A stretch of DNA of 63,607 bases, counting the filler. It is 9 parts of 9 records of this genome, joined end to end, with 100 filler letters (N's around TTAATTAATTAA, not from the genome) between each part and the next. Parts side by side here need not be neighbours in the genome. Positions count along the whole stretch, not along the records: positions 1 to 5,076 come from SRR31156797_50026; positions 5,177 to 15,083 come from SRR31156797_50048; 7 more parts are not named here. One strand, written 5' to 3'. Positions 1 to 7,205 of this stretch are shown one piece after another. Position 1 is the stretch's first letter. Each line of letters begins with the position of its first letter. The notes below the pieces were generated by a model. The model searched no databases, had not been told where the DNA came from, and saw only the letters and a program-made list of their open reading frames with translations. A program made the position numbers and the translations under genes.

Positions 1-22
1 GCAATTCATGAATTGCCCCTAC
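1..22. repeat. Truncated GTAG-family REP-like palindrome at contig start
   Basis: GCAATTCATGAATTGC is a perfect palindrome followed by CCCTAC; it is the right part of GTAGGGGCAATTCATGAATTGCCCCTAC. Confidence 0.65.
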
Positions 23-38
23 CGTTCTTTTTATCTTC

Positions 39-473
39 TTAAAAAGTAAACTCATCTTTTATTGAAATTATCTTTTCAATTGAGCTTAAGAAAGCTGCTT
101 TCTCCTCTTCACTTAACTTATCAAGAATCTTTTCAACATTTATTGACCTAATATTGAAAAACTCATCCAAAATATCTTTTCCCTCTTCTGTAAGAGTCAA
201 ATAGACATTTCTTCTATCCTCTTCTTGCAACACTCTTTTTAGAAATCCCGCTTTTACTAATTTTTCAACTTTTTTCGTAGCAGTACTTGGAATCACAGCT
301 AAAAAATCAGCAATATTTCTCATATTACAGTTTTGATTTGAATCAATAAAGTGTAATAGATAAATATTGGTTCCGATTTTATGATTTTTAATTATTAAAT
401 TCTCAATTCTATAATTCGTATGCATTGTAAATACTGTATATGCTTTCAATATCTTCTCATCTATATTTTCCAT
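39..473 (-). CDS. MarR-family transcriptional regulator
   Basis: 144 aa; wHTH pattern 'IADFLAVIPSTATKKVEKLVKAGFLKR...EDRRNVYLTLTEEG'. Confidence 0.92.
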   Translation of the reverse strand: MENIDEKILKAYTVFTMHTNYRIENLIIKNHKIGTNIYLLHFIDSNQNCNMRNIADFLAVIPSTATKKVEKLVKAGFLKRVLQEEDRRNVYLTLTEEGKDILDEFFNIRSINVEKILDKLSEEEKAAFLSSIEKIISIKDEFTF

Positions 474-556
474 TATATAGTTCCTTTCAAAATCAATCTA
501 TTGTTTTCTAAATTATAGCAGAACATTTTCTAAAAATCAATATTTTCCAAAATTAA

Positions 557-589
557 ATAGTTGCCAATTGGAAAATATTATGGTAAACT
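557..589 (+). promoter_or_regulatory. Sigma70 promoter overlapped by an imperfect palindrome (putative MarR operator)
   Basis: -35 TTGCCA (561-566), 17-nt spacer, extended -10 TGgTAAACT (581-589); ATAGTTGCCAATTGGAAAATAT dyad covers the -35. Confidence 0.6.
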
Positions 590-631
590 CAAACTATAAA
601 ATATAAACTTTGAATAGTAAGGAGTGATTAT

Positions 632-1816
632 ATGTACGGAACGCCAAAAAAGAGTAAAAGAAAACCAACAATTATGCAATGGGATTTAGGTAATTCAACA
701 CCGGTAGATGCACAACTTAATCCGGGAAAAGCAATAACCGACAATAACCCATTAATAGAGATTCCAAATATATCAGCATTTGATTATAGAGTAAATGTGG
801 AACCATTTTCCATAGACCTTTATGGTCAGGAGTTAGATGATGCAGGTATGGTTAAAATGTCGCAAGTTCTTGGAGGGATTTGCAAAATAAAGCCTGTTAA
901 GGATGTTTTGCAAAAAGTCGTAAGAAAAGCAATGGAAGCAGAAGCTAAAAAGAGTAATATAGATCCTATGCCAATTGATTTAGATGCAGCTATTTCTTGT
1001 GGACAGGCAGAGATTAAAATGCATAAAGAAGAAACAAAAAAAGTTATCCCGAAAGTTTCTGCTACTAAAGAAACTAATATAAATAAACTAAAGCAAAACA
1101 TTATTGATAAAGCTCATAAATTAGGCTTTAAAGCCACTTTTACCAAGGTAGATAGAAGATATATTGGTGACGACAGAAATGATGCGATTCCATATGATAC
1201 TGTAATTATTCTCGCAAAAGAGATGCCAAAAGATCAAATTATGGAGATACCAAAAGCAGGAGATAAAACAGGAAAAATATTTTCTCTGGAAGGATATGCA
1301 GAGGGTGGAAAAGCTGTTCATATTTTAGCTGAGTTTATTAGAGAAATGGGTTATGAATGTATGGCAAGGACACCACTTAGCGGACTTCTAAAAACATCAA
1401 TTCATGCAGTAAATAGTGGAATGGGAAATTTTACAACTAATAATTTAGTTTGTATACCTGAATATGGAACCAAACATAGATTAAGTGCAATTAACATAAA
1501 TGCTAATATTCCTATTGATGAAGCTAAGGAGTTTAATGTAGAGGAGTTTTGCTCAAGGTGCAGAATGTGCCAAAAGGCATGTCTGGGAGAAGCTATCCCT
1601 AGGGATAAAATGATGTGGGATGGAAGATATATGAGGAAGTTAAATGATAAAGCATGTTGGGCAACAATGAAAGCTAATAGAACATGCGGCGTATGTCTAA
1701 AAGTATGTCCATATAATAATTTCAGTTATGAAGAGATGATGGATACTATTCCTCAATATAACAGATACCACAATATGGACAGCGTAATTGATAAATCAAT
1801 TTATAGGAATAAATAA
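632..1816 (+). CDS. Reductive dehalogenase (RdhA)/QueG-superfamily cobalamin, 2x[4Fe-4S] protein, cytoplasmic
   Basis: RBS AAGGAG; 'LAEFIREMGY', 'AVNSGMG...PEYGTKHRL', then FCSRCRMCQKAC and C-x8-CGVCLKVCPY cluster motifs; no TAT motif. Confidence 0.72.
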   Translation: MYGTPKKSKRKPTIMQWDLGNSTPVDAQLNPGKAITDNNPLIEIPNISAFDYRVNVEPFSIDLYGQELDDAGMVKMSQVLGGICKIKPVKDVLQKVVRKAMEAEAKKSNIDPMPIDLDAAISCGQAEIKMHKEETKKVIPKVSATKETNINKLKQNIIDKAHKLGFKATFTKVDRRYIGDDRNDAIPYDTVIILAKEMPKDQIMEIPKAGDKTGKIFSLEGYAEGGKAVHILAEFIREMGYECMARTPLSGLLKTSIHAVNSGMGNFTTNNLVCIPEYGTKHRLSAININANIPIDEAKEFNVEEFCSRCRMCQKACLGEAIPRDKMMWDGRYMRKLNDKACWATMKANRTCGVCLKVCPYNNFSYEEMMDTIPQYNRYHNMDSVIDKSIYRNK

Positions 1817-1852
1817 AATTAATAAAGAGTTAAAACATAAGGAGTATATAAA

Positions 1853-3781
1853 ATGAAAAAATTCCATATTTTAGGAGATATAAATAGAAGAGATGAAGTG
1901 AATATTTCACCAAAAAAAAGTATAAAAGAGATTCTCAATCAAGATGCAGAAGGGATGCTTTCTGCCAAAAGGGTTAAATTAGTTCAATTAGGTGGACCTT
2001 TAGGTGTATTTATCAGAGGGAAAGAGTTAAACAATCCTATAGAAGATTATTTAAATGTAATGGATACAAATACTATTCTTTATCTAAATGACATTATGTG
2101 CCCAGTTGATTTACTGAGATTTTGTGTCAGATATATTATTAGAGAAGTTCAAATAAATGATGAGGACATTACAGCAATTCACGATATCGTGGAAAATATT
2201 TCAAAGGGTGAAAGCTCTCTGGAAGATTATACAGCGCTAAAAAAGATTGCTGAACAAGATACAGATACATATGTAAAAAAAGCACTTTATAGAGCAACTA
2301 ATTATTTAACTTCTGAATTCGAAAATGAATTTATGGAACATATTATCAATAAAAAATGTGCAAGCGGAATATGCAGAAGATTAGCTGATGCGCAGTGTGT
2401 CAATGCCTGTCCGGCTGAGATATTTATCCCCGGTTATGTAGCTCTTATGACTGAGGATAGAATAGAAGAAGCGTATAGTTTGATGAGAAAGAGCAACCCT
2501 TTGTCATTAGTATGCGGTATTGTCTGTCCAGCACCTTGTGAGGCAAGATGTAGAAGAGGAGAGATAGAAAAAACAGTCGGAGTTAGAGCACTGAAAAGAT
2601 TTGCAGGAGATATGTCTCTGAAAACAGGTGAGTTCAAAGAGGATAAACTAGCTGATAAAGATAAAAAAGTAGCGATAATTGGAGCAGGCCCTGCTGGATT
2701 AACAGCAGCGTATTATCTCGGAAGAAGCGGATATCAGGTAAGTGTTTATGAAGCTCAAAAAGAGGTCGGTGGAATGCTGGCAGTTGGAATACCTTCATAT
2801 AGACTGCCTCAGGAGCATATTAATAAAGAGGTTCAATTGATAAAAAATCTTGGAGTAAGCATTTTTACTGATATAAAAATTGGAAAAGATATTACTTTAG
2901 AGGATATCAGGGAATCCAATGATGCAGTATTTCTTGCAACAGGATGCCATGTTGGAAATAAATTCGGACCTGAATCAGAAAATATTGAGGCTGCAATTGA
3001 TTTCCTTAGAGAAGTAAGAGCTGACGGAAGAACACAAGTTGGTAAAAATGTACTTGTAATCGGTGGTGGAGATGTAGCAATGGATGCAGCCAGAACAGCT
3101 GTTAGGATGGGTGCAAACAAAGTATTTCTTGCCAGTTTGGAGACGCGAGATATCATGCCGGCTGGTGAAGAGGAGATTCATGGAGCTCTTGAAGAGGGCG
3201 TTAAATTTATTAACGGTTATGGTTCAAAGGGCTTAAATATCCAAGAGGGAAAACTAAAAGGAATCACTCTGAAAAAGTGTGCTTCTGTATTTGATGACGA
3301 ATATAAGTTCTCACCGGAATACGATGAGGAAGAGATAAAATACCTGGAAACTGATCATCTGATATTAGCTATAGGTCAAAAGTCAGATAACAGCTATTTA
3401 GATCAAGATATTAAACTTAACAATAGAGGATGGGTAGAGATCGATCCATTTAGCTATGAGACAAGTGCAAAGGGAGTATTTGCTGCCGGAGATATGTATA
3501 AACCCGGAATAGCTATTAAAGCTATTTCTGAGGGAGCTAAAGCTGCCGAGGCGATAGATAAATATCTTGCCGGGAATGGAATTTATAGAGGAGCAGAGAT
3601 AGAGATACCTGAACCACAGCTTTCATATGCACTATGGGATACTGATAAAGTAGAAGACAAAATCAGACCAGCTGTAGAGAGAAAAAATAATTTTGAAGAG
3701 ATAGGATGCACATTCAGCGCAGTAGAAGCAAAACTAGAAGCACAAAGATGTATGCGTTGTGATAGAAACAGTAAACAATAA
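1853..3781 (+). CDS. FAD/NAD(P)H-dependent oxidoreductase: degenerate NuoF/HydB C-terminal part fused to a GltD/NfnB-like domain
   Basis: 'VQLGGPLG', 'CPVD', 'EHIINKKCASGIC'; Fe-S motifs CVNACP and CGIVCPAPCEARC; Rossmann motifs GAGPAG and GGGDVAMD; C-terminal EAQRCMRCD. Confidence 0.85.
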   Translation: MKKFHILGDINRRDEVNISPKKSIKEILNQDAEGMLSAKRVKLVQLGGPLGVFIRGKELNNPIEDYLNVMDTNTILYLNDIMCPVDLLRFCVRYIIREVQINDEDITAIHDIVENISKGESSLEDYTALKKIAEQDTDTYVKKALYRATNYLTSEFENEFMEHIINKKCASGICRRLADAQCVNACPAEIFIPGYVALMTEDRIEEAYSLMRKSNPLSLVCGIVCPAPCEARCRRGEIEKTVGVRALKRFAGDMSLKTGEFKEDKLADKDKKVAIIGAGPAGLTAAYYLGRSGYQVSVYEAQKEVGGMLAVGIPSYRLPQEHINKEVQLIKNLGVSIFTDIKIGKDITLEDIRESNDAVFLATGCHVGNKFGPESENIEAAIDFLREVRADGRTQVGKNVLVIGGGDVAMDAARTAVRMGANKVFLASLETRDIMPAGEEEIHGALEEGVKFINGYGSKGLNIQEGKLKGITLKKCASVFDDEYKFSPEYDEEEIKYLETDHLILAIGQKSDNSYLDQDIKLNNRGWVEIDPFSYETSAKGVFAAGDMYKPGIAIKAISEGAKAAEAIDKYLAGNGIYRGAEIEIPEPQLSYALWDTDKVEDKIRPAVERKNNFEEIGCTFSAVEAKLEAQRCMRCDRNSKQ

Positions 3782-3799
3782 TTTCCTGGAGGAACAAAA

Positions 3800-3871
3800 G
3801 TGAAAATTTCAAGTTATAGAGGAGAAGGCTTCATCAATTATTATGGTGATGATATCAGAATATTATGTTGA
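3800..3871 (+). other. 23-codon ORF with strong RBS (gene remnant or small peptide)
   Basis: GGAGG at 3788-3792, GTG at 3800; MKISSYRGEGFINYYGDDIRILC*. Confidence 0.35.
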
Positions 3872-3934
3872 GAAAAGCAATGACTAAATATAATAATCCA
3901 ATAAAATTTAACCCAAATAAAAGGAGATAAAGAA

Positions 3935-4996
3935 ATGAAAAAAAGACTAGTTTTATTAATGTTAGCAATATTTACCCTTACTGCCACAGCGTTTTCAGAA
4001 ACATTTAACTTAGAGGAAACACAAGCGAAATACTCTGTAAGAGATTATGCTTATAGTAAACTACCTGCAAGAGGTTATAACTACTATAAAGTTGCAGAAA
4101 ACGCATATTTTGTACATGATGATTTTGAACATATGGTATTTTTCGTTACTGATAATGGAGTTGTAGTAGTAGACCCCATGCCTGCAGTTACACCTTATGC
4201 TTTAAAAGTAATTCCTGAGGTAACTGATAAACCGATAACTCATGTTGTATATTCACATCATCATGCTGACCACGCACAAGGAGCATATTTATACCCAGAG
4301 TCAGCGACTTTAATTGCTAATGAAGATGTAGCTAAATTTATAGAGATTGCAAAAGATCCAAAGAGACCTATGCCGGAAGTTATTTGGAAAGATGAATATA
4401 CACTTAAAACAGGTGGTTTAACATTAGAGATGAAAGACCTTGGTAGAAACTGGCATTCACAAAAAGATATTATCATGTATGCACCTGAGCAAAAAATATT
4501 ATTCGCTGTAGATATGTTCCATGCAGATGCTGCACCATGGATTCATTTTGGAGAATCTTCAGATCCTGATTTCGCATTCCAATTACCTAGAATTCTTTTA
4601 GATTCTTATGACTTTAACTTTGTTGTGACTGGTCATGAAAGAATTGCTCCAACAAGAGCTCATATGGAGCAATACGAAGAGATGATTGAAGATATGAAAA
4701 ATATCTTATATGGTGTAGTATTTTCACCTGAATATCAAACGCAAATGAAAGAACTTTCTATTATATATGACGAGAAAAGTACTCACTATCTATATAAAGC
4801 AAGTATCTTTGCTGCTGCAAATATGGCTGCTGAAGAGTATATAAAAAGATGGTCTGGAAGAGTTAGAAATGCAAGTTTAAATGCAGTAGAAAACATGCAG
4901 ACTATGTTTATGCACATAATAGTTTTAGATCCTGAAATCGAAAAAATGCAAAAAATGATGGCAGAAAAAGGAAAAGGAAAAGAAGAAAAGCATTAA
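3935..4996 (+). CDS. Secreted metallo-beta-lactamase-fold hydrolase
   Basis: Sec signal 'MKKRLVLLMLAIFTLTATAFS'; HHHADH motif, later WHS, VDMF and TGHE ligands. Confidence 0.88.
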   Translation: MKKRLVLLMLAIFTLTATAFSETFNLEETQAKYSVRDYAYSKLPARGYNYYKVAENAYFVHDDFEHMVFFVTDNGVVVVDPMPAVTPYALKVIPEVTDKPITHVVYSHHHADHAQGAYLYPESATLIANEDVAKFIEIAKDPKRPMPEVIWKDEYTLKTGGLTLEMKDLGRNWHSQKDIIMYAPEQKILFAVDMFHADAAPWIHFGESSDPDFAFQLPRILLDSYDFNFVVTGHERIAPTRAHMEQYEEMIEDMKNILYGVVFSPEYQTQMKELSIIYDEKSTHYLYKASIFAAANMAAEEYIKRWSGRVRNASLNAVENMQTMFMHIIVLDPEIEKMQKMMAEKGKGKEEKH

Positions 4997-5029
4997 GATT
5001 ATTTAGAGTTAAGAATTCACTTTAATCGA

Positions 5030-5076
5030 GATTGAGTTTAATTCTTCGCCCCTTGGGGCGAATTAAATCAATCTAC
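5030..5076. repeat. REP-like or terminator hairpin ending in CTAC at contig end
   Basis: GATTGAgTTTAATTctTCGCCCC-TT-GGGGCGAATTAAATCAATC-TAC. Confidence 0.55.
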
Positions 5077-5176
5077 NNNNNNNNNNNNNNNNNNNNNNNN
5101 NNNNNNNNNNNNNNNNNNNNTTAATTAATTAANNNNNNNNNNNNNNNNNNNNNNNNNNNNNNNNNNNNNNNNNNNN
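5077..5176. other. Artificial contig spacer 1
   Basis: N44-TTAATTAATTAA-N44; composition changes abruptly across it. Confidence 0.99.
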
Positions 5177-5882
5177 GTTTAAAATCCTTAAGGGCTTCTT
5201 CGACTCTTTCGGTCGTATAGGGTGTGAACTGTATTATCCGGAGGTAGCCCGTTTCTTTATTGATATAATCCCACTTCACCGTCGGAATCTCAATAATCGC
5301 TCGTGTGAGAACGACATCGAAGGTTATGTCCTCCCCTCTGAGAATTGTGACCTTCACGTCCGTGTCGGCCGGGCCTCTCAGGAGATTGGAAACCTCGTCG
5401 GTACTCAGATCCTTGGCGCTTTCGCCGTCTATCTTGTAGATGTAGTCGCCCGAATGGATACCGGCGCGGTATGCGGGTGTGCCTTCAATTGGCGAGACGA
5501 CCTTAACATAGGGTTTTCGCCCGTTGGCATTCTCTTCATCATAGATATCCTTGGAGATGTAAAGACCGACCCCTCCGAACTGTCCGCTTGTTGTGTCGGT
5601 AAGGGATTGGAGCTCGTCCTCGCTCAGATAAAGGGAATAGGGATCGTCCAGGCTCTCGAAAAGGCCTTTCATGGCTCCCTCAAAGAGCTTCTCGGGAGGA
5701 ACTTCGTCTACATAGTTCCTCAATATAAGATAATAGGCCGTTTCGAATAGCCTCAGATAGTTCTCGGTACTCAGCCCTGAAGACTGGGCCGCCACGGTGG
5801 GAGCCAGCAGAACGACGCTCAGTGCCAGTAATAAGGACAAGGTAACGGATAGCCACACGATCCGCTCTGTCTTTCTTTTCAT
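5177..5882 (-). CDS. ctpA: Carboxyl-terminal processing protease (S41), 3'-truncated
   Basis: 'LDDPYS', PDZ 'FGGVGL...SPIEGTPAYRAGI', 'GYLRIIQF'. Confidence 0.93.
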
Positions 5883-6060
5883 AAAATGTTATCCTTTGGG
5901 AAGTATTGTAGAGGCTGAGATTTCTTTGTCAACACCTTCACTTGACCTGCCCTGCATTCAGATTTAAACTAAAATACAATTTATATCCCGGACCCTTTCC
6001 GGTTTTCCGGCTTCGTTTTTTTCAGGTTCTTAATTATAATATGAAACGGGAGTTCGATTC

Positions 6061-7203
6061 ATGCAAGTCATTGCTGTCGCCAGCGGCAAGGGAGGGGTAG
6101 GAAAATCTCTTCTCTCCGCGAATTTGGCCATTAGTCTGGCAGATTCAGATAAGAAAGTAGTATTGGCAGATCTGGATCTGGGAGGATCCAATCTTCATCT
6201 GGTTATAGGACAGAATCCGACGAACAACGGCCTGGGCTCCTTTATAAACAACAGCAGACAGAAGATTGAGAATATCATACAGGAAACTGACTACGACAAT
6301 CTTCGTTTTATCTCCGGAGAGGGAGAGATACCCGGAGCCGCCAATATCACGACTCCCCAGAAAAAGAAGCTGATTAACAGGCTCAGCTCTCTGGATGCGG
6401 ACTATCTGGTTATGGACCTGGGAGCCGGATCCAATAACACCATCCTTGATTTTTTCCTTATATCCGGCTGCGGCGTCATCGTGACCACCCCCACCCTTAC
6501 GGCGACATTGAACGCCTATCTTTTTATAAAGAACGTGCTCTTCAGGATGCTCTACTCCTCCTTTGCCAGAAAGTCTCCCGCCATGGTTTATCTGGAGAAA
6601 CTGAGAAAGGACGGCGTCTCTCTGCAGAAGGTCTATCTGAATACTCTGATCGATAAGCTGAGAGAACTGGATCCGGAGGGAACCGATCTGTTTGATGAAA
6701 GGAAAAAGCATTTCCGGCCCCGACTGGTCATGAACCTTCTGGACAATCCGGAGGATGTTCAGAAGGCGGATCGCCTGATCATATCCGTCCGCGATTATCT
6801 GGGAGTGAATCTGGAGTTCCTGGGAGTGCTTTACAGGGATGAATTTCAGAAGAAGGCTCTGAATTCCAGACTCCCCGTGATCAAGTACAAGCCGGGAGCC
6901 GTCGTTTCACAGGGAATTCAGAGGATCGGCGACAAGATCCTTGAGATGAAGCTGGAAGAGACGTTGAACATCAGCAACCTGGATATGGAATACTCCTATC
7001 AGTCCGCCGAGCTGGAAGCCGAGTCCGATTTCAATGATAAGATTCAGTCTCTGGAAGAGCTTCTTCACAGCGGAGCTTTGAGCCAGGGCGACCTGATCGA
7101 AACGATAAGGATGCAGCAGTATGAGATCAATAAGCTGAAGAAGGAAAACAGATTTGTGAAATCCAAACTCCTGAAAGCTGCGGAAGCGGGATTTAAAATA
7201 TAG
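6061..7203 (+). CDS. MinD/FlhG-family P-loop ATPase with C-terminal coiled coil
   Basis: Deviant Walker A 'SGKGGVGKS', 'DLDLGGSN', 'DLGAG'. Confidence 0.88.
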   Translation: MQVIAVASGKGGVGKSLLSANLAISLADSDKKVVLADLDLGGSNLHLVIGQNPTNNGLGSFINNSRQKIENIIQETDYDNLRFISGEGEIPGAANITTPQKKKLINRLSSLDADYLVMDLGAGSNNTILDFFLISGCGVIVTTPTLTATLNAYLFIKNVLFRMLYSSFARKSPAMVYLEKLRKDGVSLQKVYLNTLIDKLRELDPEGTDLFDERKKHFRPRLVMNLLDNPEDVQKADRLIISVRDYLGVNLEFLGVLYRDEFQKKALNSRLPVIKYKPGAVVSQGIQRIGDKILEMKLEETLNISNLDMEYSYQSAELEAESDFNDKIQSLEELLHSGALSQGDLIETIRMQQYEINKLKKENRFVKSKLLKAAEAGFKI

Positions 7204-7205
7204 AT

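Noticed and set aside
3866-3890. Cys-Sec (TGT-TGA) readthrough in the small ORF
   Set aside because: A second TGA follows three codons later and no SECIS-like hairpin is visible.
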